From: Vibrio vulnificus CMCP6
Lineage (GTDB): Bacteria; Pseudomonadota; Gammaproteobacteria; Enterobacterales; Vibrionaceae
Direction of reading: 5' to 3'
DNA length: 32,000 nucleotides
Assembly (NCBI RefSeq): GCF_000039765.1
Contig: NC_004459.3
Location: 2,151,127 to 2,183,126, forward strand
The position numbers and the translations under genes are program-made. Of this stretch, positions 21,483-29,571 are shown piece by piece. Below the pieces are notes generated by a model that searched no databases, was not told where the DNA came from, and worked only from the letters and a program-made list of their open reading frames with translations. Numbering within the stretch: position 1 is the stretch's first letter; each line of letters begins with the position of its first letter.

Positions 21483-22832
21483 GTGAAAAAACGCCTTTTG
21501 ATGGGATTACTAGTGCTGCTAAGCAGCGTCACGAATGTAGCCAATGCGGCTTTGGAATTGATCATCACCGATGGTATCGATTCAGCAAGACCAATTGCGA
21601 TTGTTCCTTTTAAATGGCAAGGAACAAAAGCACTGCCTGTTGATATTTCGTCTGTTGTCGCGTCGGATCTTCAACGAAGTGGTAAATTCAGCCCAGTTCC
21701 TACCAGCAAGATGCCTCAAACACCTTACAACGAGTCGGAAATTAACTTCGACGCATGGACTAACTTAGGTGTGGATACCTTGCTAACGGGTTCTGTGACA
21801 CAAAATGAAAAAGGCGAATACGTCATCAACTACCAACTGGTGGATGTGGTGAGAGGCCAACTGACTAGTGGTCAAAGCCGAGCGCTGGAAGATGGCCAAT
21901 TAGTGCTGTCGAAAGATCACGTATTGTTCAATAAAGTGGCGACGATTACCGCTCCAAGAATGCGTGAGTATGCTCACCGCATTTCCGATCTGATCTACGA
22001 GCAGCTCACTGGTGAACGTGGTGCGTTTCTCACTCGCATTGCTTATGTGGTGGTGAATGATAAAGACAAATTCCCATATCAGTTACGAGTGGCAGACTAC
22101 GATGGTTTTAACGAGCGTTTAGTGCTGCGCTCAAAGCAGCCTCTCATGTCTCCTGCTTGGTCTCCTGATGGTCGTCGGCTTGCTTATGTGAGTTTCCAAA
22201 ATGGCCAAGCGGAAATCTTTGTACTGAATATTTATACCGGTGAGCATGAGAAGCTAACGTCATTCCCTCGCCACAATGGTGCGCCAAGATTCTCTCCAGA
22301 TGGCAAGAAATTAGCCATCGTATTGTCAAAAACTGGTTCGCTTCAGATCTACACTCTTGATCTGCAAACGCGTCAGCTAACACAAATAACGAGGGATAGA
22401 TCAAATAATACGGAGCCATTTTGGCATCCTGATGGCAAATCACTCATCTTTACATCGGATCGGGGTGGTAAACCCCAGATATATAGAGTAAATTTGAGCG
22501 ACGGGTCGACTAGCCGTCTTACTTGGCAAGGCAGCCAAAACCTAGGTGGGCAGATAACGCCAGATGGACGATTCTTGATTATGGTCAATCGAAGCGATTC
22601 AGGTTTTAATTTGGCTAAGCAAGATCTCGAAACCGGCGCCGTTCAGGTATTAACCAAAACGTTGTTGGACGAGTCTCCGAGTATCGCCCCGAATGGAGGT
22701 ATGGTGATTTATAGCTCCATTTACGATAAAAAAAATGTGTTGTCGATGGTTTCTATCGATGGCCGCTTTAAAGCTAGATTACCGGCAACAAATGGGCGTG
22801 TAAGAGCTCCCGCATGGTCTCCGTTTTTGTAG
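21483..22832 (+). CDS. tolB: Tol-Pal system beta-propeller protein TolB
   Basis: Signal peptide; repeated WSPDG/FSPDG/WHPDGK/ITPDG blades; [15 protein letters not shown]. Confidence 0.97.
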   Translation: MKKRLLMGLLVLLSSVTNVANAALELIITDGIDSARPIAIVPFKWQGTKALPVDISSVVASDLQRSGKFSPVPTSKMPQTPYNESEINFDAWTNLGVDTLLTGSVTQNEKGEYVINYQLVDVVRGQLTSGQSRALEDGQLVLSKDHVLFNKVATITAPRMREYAHRISDLIYEQLTGERGAFLTRIAYVVVNDKDKFPYQLRVADYDGFNERLVLRSKQPLMSPAWSPDGRRLAYVSFQNGQAEIFVLNIYTGEHEKLTSFPRHNGAPRFSPDGKKLAIVLSKTGSLQIYTLDLQTRQLTQITRDRSNNTEPFWHPDGKSLIFTSDRGGKPQIYRVNLSDGSTSRLTWQGSQNLGGQITPDGRFLIMVNRSDSGFNLAKQDLETGAVQVLTKTLLDESPSIAPNGGMVIYSSIYDKKNVLSMVSIDGRFKARLPATNGRVRAPAWSPFL

Positions 22833-22863
22833 CAACTAAGTTTGATAAACAAAGGAAAATAAG

Positions 22864-23409
22864 ATGCAACTTAATAAGGTTCTTAAAGGGCTTCTAATCG
22901 CACTACCAGTGATGGCTGTTACCGCGTGTAGCTCTAGTGATGACGCTGCGTCTAACGCAGGCACCAGCACTGAAACAAACCAAACTACTTCTGGTTCTGC
23001 GAACACAACTGACACAACAGTTGTAACGCCAATCGATCAGAATGGTCAGCTTTCTGAGCAAGAACTGAAAGAGCAAGCTCTTCGTGAAACTCAGACAATC
23101 TACTTCGCGTTTGACAATGCAACTATCTCTAGCGATTACGAAGAGATGCTAGCAGCTCACGCAGCTTACCTAAGCAAAAACGTAAACCTAAAAGTGACTA
23201 TCGAAGGTCACGCTGACGAGCGTGGTACTCCTGAGTACAACATCGCACTAGGTGAGCGTCGTGCGCAAGCTGTTGCTAAATACCTACAAGCGCTAGGTGT
23301 TCAGGCAGACCAAATTGCTATCGTAAGCTACGGTGAAGAGAAGCCTCTACTACTAGGCCAGACTGAAGAAGTCTACGCGAAAAACCGTCGCGCAGTTCTA
23401 GTATACTAA
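22864..23409 (+). CDS. pal: Peptidoglycan-associated lipoprotein Pal
   Basis: Lipobox VMAVTACSS; OmpA-like [50 protein letters not shown]. Confidence 0.97.
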   Translation: MQLNKVLKGLLIALPVMAVTACSSSDDAASNAGTSTETNQTTSGSANTTDTTVVTPIDQNGQLSEQELKEQALRETQTIYFAFDNATISSDYEEMLAAHAAYLSKNVNLKVTIEGHADERGTPEYNIALGERRAQAVAKYLQALGVQADQIAIVSYGEEKPLLLGQTEEVYAKNRRAVLVY

Positions 23410-23424
23410 TTGAGGAATTGCCTC

Positions 23425-24207
23425 ATGTTCAGTAACACTAAGCGAGCTGTTACGCTTACGTTACTGGCAAGTGCAGCGAACCTAGCGTTCGCTGCACCAG
23501 CTCCAGTATCCGATCTCAACAGCGATTCAACGAACACTTCGGTAGCTTCCGCTACGTCCTCCTCTGCTCCGGAAACGGATGTACAGCGTCTTGAACGTTT
23601 ATTGCAAAACCGTAATCGCGTGCAATTGCAAATGCAGCAGCAAATTGATCAAATGTCGCAAGAAATTGCCGAACTTCGTGGTCAACTTGAGCGCAATAGT
23701 TACGATATGCAGCAAATGCTGGAAAGACAAAGAGAACTCTTTATTGAGCTTGATCGTGTCCGCAATGAAATCAAGACGGTAGGAACGCCAACCCAAGCAA
23801 CGGCCGTGGAAGAAGGCGGTGAGCAGGGCGTGTTTAGCTCTAATGTCGATGAGCAAACGGCCTATCAAAATGCCGTAGACCTAATTTTGAAGAAGCGGGA
23901 TTACGCTGGTGCAATTGCTGCGTTTAAGCAGTTCCAGAAAGATTTTCCCGATTCCAATTTCGCCCCTAACTCTCATTACTGGTTAGGCCAGCTTTATTTT
24001 GCTCAAAAACAAGATAAAGAAGCGGCGAAAAGTTTTGCTGCTGTCGTCTCTTATAAGGATTCAAACAAACGCGCTGATGCCCTAGTGAAACTGGGTGACA
24101 TCGCTGCACGTAATAACAATCCTGAACAGGCGAAAAAATATTATCAGCAAGCGATAGATGAACACCCAGGCAGCGCCTCTGCCAAAGTGGCAAAATCAAA
24201 ACTGTAA
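23425..24207 (+). CDS. cpoB: Tol-Pal accessory coordinator CpoB (YbgF)
   Basis: Signal peptide, N-terminal coiled coil, C-terminal TPR repeats (FPDSNFAPNSHYWLGQLYFAQKQDKEAAKSF). The start is moved to the ATG at 23425. Confidence 0.92.
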   Translation: MFSNTKRAVTLTLLASAANLAFAAPAPVSDLNSDSTNTSVASATSSSAPETDVQRLERLLQNRNRVQLQMQQQIDQMSQEIAELRGQLERNSYDMQQMLERQRELFIELDRVRNEIKTVGTPTQATAVEEGGEQGVFSSNVDEQTAYQNAVDLILKKRDYAGAIAAFKQFQKDFPDSNFAPNSHYWLGQLYFAQKQDKEAAKSFAAVVSYKDSNKRADALVKLGDIAARNNNPEQAKKYYQQAIDEHPGSASAKVAKSKL

Positions 24208-24236
24208 AATAGGGAGCGAAAGCTCCTTATTTTTTG
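24205..24236 (+). terminator. Intrinsic terminator after the tol-pal operon
   Basis: AAAATAGGGAGC-GAAA-GCTCCTTATTTTTT. Confidence 0.75.
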
Positions 24237-24334
24237 CTTCTCGCCTGCTGGAAACAATGCGTGCGGCTTTTGCATCTTACATAATCTTAAGGTTACAATA
24301 CGCGGATTAAAGGAAGTTGCGTAGAGCAAGAGCA

Positions 24335-25396
24335 ATGAGCCACATACTAGATAAAATTGACACCGTTTACCCTTTCCCGCCGAAGCCAATTCCCCTGACT
24401 CAGGACGAGAAAGCGGCGTATATCGCCAGTATCAAACAGCTACTTAACGAGAAAGACGCGGTCTTGATCGCCCACTATTACACCGATCCTGAGATCCAAG
24501 CGCTGGCTGAAGAAACCGGTGGTTTTGTTGGTGATTCTCTTGAAATGGCTAAATTTGGTAACCGTCATCCAGCAGGTACCCTGATTATTGCGGGTGTACG
24601 CTTTATGGGTGAATCGGCAAAAATTCTAACGCCAGAAAAACGCATTCTTATGCCGACACTGGAAGCCGAATGTTCACTGGATCTTGGTTGTCCGGCAGAT
24701 AAATTCACTGAATTCTGTGATGCCCATCCTGACCACACTGTGGTGGTTTATGCCAATACTTCTGCGGCAGTAAAAGCAAGAGCGGATTGGGTTGTGACCT
24801 CAAGTATTGCTCTGGAAATTGTTGAGCATCTGGATGCTGAAGACAAACCGATCATTTGGGGGCCAGATCGCCATCTTGGTTCTTACATCGCGAACAAAAC
24901 GGGCGCAGACATGTTGCTTTGGCAAGGTGAGTGCGTTGTTCATGATGAGTTTTCTGCTGACGCCTTGCGCAAAATGAAAGCTGTGTATCCGGATGCTGCA
25001 ATCCTTGTTCATCCAGAATCTCCGGCAAGTGTTGTAGAGCTCGCCGATGCGGTGGGATCAACAAGTCAGTTGATCAAAGCGGCAAAAGAGCTGCCACAGC
25101 AGAAAATGATTGTTGCAACTGACAAAGGCATTTTCTTTAAAATGCAGCAGTTGGTACCTGAGAAAGAGCTGATAGAAGCACCAACAGCAGGTGCTGGTGC
25201 CACATGTCGCAGCTGTGCACATTGTCCGTGGATGGCAATGAATGGGTTGAAAGCGATTGAAACCGCTTTGCGCGAAGGTGGCGAACAGCACGAGATTTTC
25301 GTTGATGAAGCTCTTCGTGTTAAGTCCTTGATTCCATTAAACCGTATGTTGGACTTTGCGGAAAAGTTAAATATGCAAGTGAAAGGCAATGCATAA
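24335..25396 (+). CDS. nadA: Quinolinate synthase A
   Basis: [47 protein letters not shown] iron-sulfur cysteine motif; ATG at 24335. Confidence 0.96.
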   Translation: MSHILDKIDTVYPFPPKPIPLTQDEKAAYIASIKQLLNEKDAVLIAHYYTDPEIQALAEETGGFVGDSLEMAKFGNRHPAGTLIIAGVRFMGESAKILTPEKRILMPTLEAECSLDLGCPADKFTEFCDAHPDHTVVVYANTSAAVKARADWVVTSSIALEIVEHLDAEDKPIIWGPDRHLGSYIANKTGADMLLWQGECVVHDEFSADALRKMKAVYPDAAILVHPESPASVVELADAVGSTSQLIKAAKELPQQKMIVATDKGIFFKMQQLVPEKELIEAPTAGAGATCRSCAHCPWMAMNGLKAIETALREGGEQHEIFVDEALRVKSLIPLNRMLDFAEKLNMQVKGNA

Positions 25397-25425
25397 ATTT
25401 GAGTGTTTGCTCACAAAATTTTGAA

Positions 25426-25451
25426 CCAGCCACCATGGCTGGTTTTTTTGT
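25426..25451 (+). terminator. Intrinsic terminator after nadA
   Basis: AACCAGCC (25426-25433) / GGCTGGTT (25439-25446) followed by TTTTT. Confidence 0.85.
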
Positions 25452-25501
25452 ATCAAATAATTGCTTTATATTCAGCCTCTTGATGAATAAGGACGTCGAT
25501 T

Positions 25502-26542
25502 ATGTCGGTTTGGTTTCTACTCAAAAAGTGGTTTCAAGCGCATGTATTTAGCTTGAGTAATCGCAATCTGTTCATTTTGTTGGTGTGCTATGTCGCGCTG
25601 TGCTGGCTCTTGCTTGCGTGGGCAGGGGAGCAAGCACTCACTGAAAATGTCACGACATTTGTCTATTACCTGATGGTGACGGCGTCGACCGTGGGCTACG
25701 GTGATTTATCTCCGGCAACGCCACTGGGCCGTTGGGTTGTGATTCTTGTGGTGATCCCAGGTGGGTTAAGTCTGTTTGCGGCTTTGTTGGGGCGTGTGGC
25801 AAGTTCAGTGATTGATTACTGGCGAGCAGGTGTATTGGGAAAAAGGAGAGTGCGCGTGAATAACCATATTCTTTTGCTAGGTTGGAATGGACAAAGGACC
25901 GTCCACCTGATTCGTATGTTGCAACATGAAGAGGTGGGTAAGCGACCCATTGTGCTCTGTTCCCGCTCGGATATTGAAAATCCTCTCCCCGGAGAAATTG
26001 GCTTTGTGAAGGTAACCAGCTATACCGACGCGTTGGAAATGGCGAACGCGAATGTGGCGGATGCAAGCTGTATTATTGTTGATAATCAGCAAGACGATAT
26101 CACGCTTTCGGCTGCGCTTTACTGTGCCAACATTAACCCTAATGCTCATTTGTTAGCGTATTTTAAGGATGATGCACTAGGGCAACTCTTGAGTCAGCAC
26201 TGCCCTAAAGCGGAGTGCATCCCCGCCGTGGGCGCGGAAATGTTGGCCAAGGCGGCCGTTGACCCAGGGTCAAGCGCGCTTCACCAAGAGTTGCTCGCCT
26301 CTACTCGCGGCATGACGCAATACTCTGTTGAGTATCCCAAACATTTAGCGCAAACCAATGTCGACGCGCTATTTTCATTTCTAAAAAAGCATCACCAAGC
26401 AACGTTGATTGCGGTGGACGTGGGCCAAGGTATTGAGCTCAATCCGCATCTCGATCGCAAAGTGCCAAGTGGGGCAAAACTGTTTTACATTGCAGATGAA
26501 CGTATCCATTCATTCGAATGGGAAGCTATAAAGGAAAATTAA
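25502..26542 (+). CDS. Two-TM potassium channel with cytoplasmic RCK/TrkA-N-like domain
   Basis: Selectivity filter TASTVGYGDLSPATPLGR; NNHILLLGWNGQRTVHLIRML Rossmann-like RCK start; 346 aa. Confidence 0.9.
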   Translation: MSVWFLLKKWFQAHVFSLSNRNLFILLVCYVALCWLLLAWAGEQALTENVTTFVYYLMVTASTVGYGDLSPATPLGRWVVILVVIPGGLSLFAALLGRVASSVIDYWRAGVLGKRRVRVNNHILLLGWNGQRTVHLIRMLQHEEVGKRPIVLCSRSDIENPLPGEIGFVKVTSYTDALEMANANVADASCIIVDNQQDDITLSAALYCANINPNAHLLAYFKDDALGQLLSQHCPKAECIPAVGAEMLAKAAVDPGSSALHQELLASTRGMTQYSVEYPKHLAQTNVDALFSFLKKHHQATLIAVDVGQGIELNPHLDRKVPSGAKLFYIADERIHSFEWEAIKEN

Positions 26543-26958
26543 TGTCTGTTTTATCAGGTCTGTTGGCGGGCTTTACCAACTTTTTACTCTATTTTTCACT
26601 CTCGATTGCTTTTGTGCTCGCATTCAAGTTCATCTATGTTCGTTTAACGCCGTACGATGAATGGAAGTTAATCAAAGAGCACAGCAATACCGCGGCAGCC
26701 ATTGCACTCAGCGGCGCTTTTTTAGGCTACTGCATTGCCATTTCAGGTGCAGCAAAAAACGCCATCAGTCTCGTGGATTTCGCTGTTTGGGGTGTCGTTG
26801 CAATGTGCGCGCAGGTGATCGCTTTTGCTATCGTTCGCTTTGTTTTAGTGCCTCGAATCACCGAACGCATCGAACGTGATGAGATCCCTGCAGGTATTAT
26901 TTCTGCGACCGTATCGATTTCCGTTGGCGTGCTGAACGCTGCGTGCATGTCTTACTAG
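26542..26958 (+). CDS. DUF350 family membrane protein (YjfL-like)
   Basis: FKFIYVRLTPYDEWKLIKEHSNTAAAIALSGAFLGYCIAIS...GVLNAACMSY. Start overlaps the channel stop (TAATG). Confidence 0.88.
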   Translation: MSVLSGLLAGFTNFLLYFSLSIAFVLAFKFIYVRLTPYDEWKLIKEHSNTAAAIALSGAFLGYCIAISGAAKNAISLVDFAVWGVVAMCAQVIAFAIVRFVLVPRITERIERDEIPAGIISATVSISVGVLNAACMSY

Positions 26959-26966
26959 GAGCTGAG

Positions 26967-27524
26967 ATGAAACGCAGCTCGAATGTCAAAAAATCTTCCT
27001 TTGAGAAGATCATGCCAGCGATCCCTTATGTTCTATTCGGCGGCTTCTTTGCCTATACCGTTTACGAACCCGAGACGGAAGGGTACATCTTCAAAGATGC
27101 CGACTATTGTAAGCGCAATAACCCAGAGCTTGGTGCACAGTGTGATCTTGCTTATCAAGAAGCTCTCGCCAGAGCGGAGTATAGCGCGCCTAAATACAGC
27201 TCGTCGCAAGCTTGTCGTAGTGAGTTTAGTGACGATGAGTGCCATTACAGCTCGGTTTATCATTCGTACATCCCACGCATGAATAGTTTTTTCTACACTT
27301 CCGACACCAGTGGTTTAAAGAACAGCAGCAAATCCTTCTTTTCTGAGCCTCTTTATCGCTACAAGCATGGCTACTATTCCGGTTCTGGCGTTTCTTATGG
27401 CAGTACGTTAGGCAAAGCGGTGAACATCAATACCAGTTCACTCAAATCAAGCGGAGGAACGATTGGTAAAGTGATGTCACGTGGTGGCTTTGGCCATTCT
27501 GTATCGGTTAGTCGAGGCGGATAA
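26967..27524 (+). CDS. DUF1190 family protein (YgiB/YjfM-like)
   Basis: N-terminal hydrophobic segment, then IFKDADYCKRNNPELGAQCDLAYQEALARAEYSAPKYSSSQACRSEF, Ser/Gly-rich tail and SRGGFGHSVSVSRGG. Confidence 0.83.
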   Translation: MKRSSNVKKSSFEKIMPAIPYVLFGGFFAYTVYEPETEGYIFKDADYCKRNNPELGAQCDLAYQEALARAEYSAPKYSSSQACRSEFSDDECHYSSVYHSYIPRMNSFFYTSDTSGLKNSSKSFFSEPLYRYKHGYYSGSGVSYGSTLGKAVNINTSSLKSSGGTIGKVMSRGGFGHSVSVSRGG

Positions 27525-27525
27525 G

Positions 27526-28689
27526 TTGTTTCGTCGTGAGATAGAAGAGCGCGCTCACTGGCGCGCATTGGCAAAGCGGTATGGCTTTGGTTTTCATACC
27601 ATGTATGGGCAACCTTATTGGGATGAATCGGCTTACTACCAATTTAATCTTCAGCAAATCGAACAAGATCTCGAAGCCCCGACAGAAGAGATCCATCAAA
27701 TGTGTCTCTCCATCGTAGATAAAGTGGTTCACAATGAGCAACTCTTAGCTCGTTTTGGCATCCCGCAGCCAATGTGGGAGCAAGTGCGCCTTTCGTGGAT
27801 GATGAATGAGCCTTCACTCTATTCTCGATTGGACTTTGCCTACGCGGGTAACGGGCCTGCAAAGCTCTATGAGAACAACGCTGACACCCCGACATCGCTA
27901 TTTGAAACCGCGTTTTGGCAATGGTTGTGGCTAGAGGATGTGGTGAATCAAGGCTGTGTGAGTCGCCGCGCGGATCAATTCAATATACTTCAAGATTTTT
28001 TGATTGAACGTTTTCGACAAATTGCCCGCTTTCAGCCGGGGCAAACACTGCATTTCAGTTGCTGTAAAGAGACAGAAGAAGATCGAGCCACGGTGCAATA
28101 CCTTGAAGATTGTGCCAAGGAAGCTGGTTTGCAAACGGCGTTTGTCTTTATTGAAGACATTGGTATCGACAGCCGATCTTGTTTTGTAGACGCTGAAAAC
28201 CGCGTTATTCGCTGGATGTTTAAACTGTACCCTTGGGAAGAGATGTTTTCTGATGAATACAGCCGTTTTCTTTCTGAGGCAAAAGTGAACTGGCTGGAGC
28301 CAATGTGGAAGTCCGTATTGTCAAACAAAGCGTTACTGCCTTTGCTATGGCAAGAGTTCGAGGGGCATCCCAACCTGCTGCCTGCCTATTTTAGCGATGA
28401 TCCAAAAGCAAGCTCGCTGAAAGATTTCGTCATCAAGCCATTGTTTTCTCGTGAAGGCGCGAATATTGAAATTGTCCGCAATGGTAAAACCCATCACAAG
28501 ACAGAAGGGCCGTATGGTGAAGGACGTTTCATCGTTCAACAGTATTGCCCGCTTCCGAAATTTGGCAATAGCCACACATTGATCGGCAGTTGGTTGGTGA
28601 ATGATAAAGCTGCTGGTATTTCCATTCGTGAGGATTCCAGCATCATTACTCAAGATCTTGCTCGTTACTTGCCACATGTGATCTTATGA
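27526..28689 (+). CDS. Glutathionylspermidine synthase-like ATP-grasp protein (YgiC/YjfC-like)
   Basis: YGFGFHTMYGQPYWDESAYYQFN, RLDFAYAGNGPAKLYENNADTPTSLFETAFWQW, KDFVIKPLFSREGANIEI. A TTG at 27526 is the probable start; the ORF track start at 27481 lies inside DUF1190. Confidence 0.87.
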   Translation: MFRREIEERAHWRALAKRYGFGFHTMYGQPYWDESAYYQFNLQQIEQDLEAPTEEIHQMCLSIVDKVVHNEQLLARFGIPQPMWEQVRLSWMMNEPSLYSRLDFAYAGNGPAKLYENNADTPTSLFETAFWQWLWLEDVVNQGCVSRRADQFNILQDFLIERFRQIARFQPGQTLHFSCCKETEEDRATVQYLEDCAKEAGLQTAFVFIEDIGIDSRSCFVDAENRVIRWMFKLYPWEEMFSDEYSRFLSEAKVNWLEPMWKSVLSNKALLPLLWQEFEGHPNLLPAYFSDDPKASSLKDFVIKPLFSREGANIEIVRNGKTHHKTEGPYGEGRFIVQQYCPLPKFGNSHTLIGSWLVNDKAAGISIREDSSIITQDLARYLPHVIL

Positions 28690-28717
28690 GCATTGGAAAG
28701 GCGTAATTTTTCAGCCG

Positions 28718-28757
28718 AAAACAAAGACCCCAGCTTATTGACTGGGGTCTTTGTTTT
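28718..28757. terminator. Strong bidirectional terminator between convergent genes
   Basis: Perfect 16-bp stem AAAACAAAGACCCCAG (28718-28733) / CTGGGGTCTTTGTTTT (28742-28757), 8-nt loop. Confidence 0.92.
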
Positions 28758-28774
28758 ATAGGGTATTGATGGCG

Positions 28775-29344
28775 TTACTGTTCGTCTGCCAGCATCACGC
28801 CACGCTGAGTCAGTCCACACAGCATCATTGGCATGGCATTGAAGATCTCAGCAAATTGATCCAACCCGTCAAAACCTTGCTCGCTTAATGTTGCGATGGT
28901 GGTCTCTGGATCGTACAGCATGGTCAGAGACAGCAGCACACCGCCGAGCAAGGCGTTTTCTTCGCTGTGTTCCGGCATCAGCGTTTCCCAATCATCACGG
29001 GCTAATTGCCAGCCTTGCAACAGGCCTTCGCAGAAATCGCGCGTTGCTTCGTTAACAATCTCTGCTTCGTCTAGCGCGCACTCTTCTGGCCATTGCCAAG
29101 TGCCCTCAATCAACGCTGGGCGAGCTTGATTCCAAAGATTCACGATGGCATCAATATAGCTTTCGAGTTGTTCACCATCGAGGAAAGGAGCCGTTTCTTC
29201 ACCACCCCAAAGGAACGGAAGCCATTCGTTTGGAGGAAGAATGTTTGGCGCAGCGGCCATTGAGGTCACGAAACCTTGAGTTTTTGCGTGATTGAGCAGT
29301 TTGCCTTCAAGTTCAGGGAGAGCGATTATGTTGTGTAAATTCAA
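28775..29344 (-). CDS. UPF0149 family protein (YgfB/YecA-like)
   Basis: LEGKLLNHAKTQGFVTSMAAAPNILPPNEWLPFLWG, TRDFCEGLLQGWQLARDDW; 189 aa acidic protein. Confidence 0.8.
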   Translation of the reverse strand: MNLHNIIALPELEGKLLNHAKTQGFVTSMAAAPNILPPNEWLPFLWGGEETAPFLDGEQLESYIDAIVNLWNQARPALIEGTWQWPEECALDEAEIVNEATRDFCEGLLQGWQLARDDWETLMPEHSEENALLGGVLLSLTMLYDPETTIATLSEQGFDGLDQFAEIFNAMPMMLCGLTQRGVMLADEQ

Positions 29345-29571
29345 AATAGAATACCGTCTGATCTAATAAATGCGCGTGATGCGCCATCTTACCAAGCAAA
29401 ACCTGACCAAGCAAAATGTAGAGACAAAAGGCCAAGCGAGAAAATCCTCACGAGAGCGATCACGATAATGGCACTTTCTTGATCCAGTTAGCGCTAAGGA
29501 ATAACAGTATGCATTTTGCTGAAAATTGGGTATACACTTAAGCGAGACAACAGGGAAAGTATTGATAAATT

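Noticed and set aside
24208-24334. tRNA genes between cpoB and nadA, as found in some enterics
   Set aside because: I looked for acceptor-stem and T-loop (GGTTCGAATC-like) features and found none; only a terminator and a short leader are present.
27481-27525. N-terminal extension of the glutathionylspermidine synthase-like ORF
   Set aside because: These codons overlap the DUF1190 3' end. Homology begins after LFRREIEERAHWRALAKRYGF, so the TTG at 27526 is a better start.
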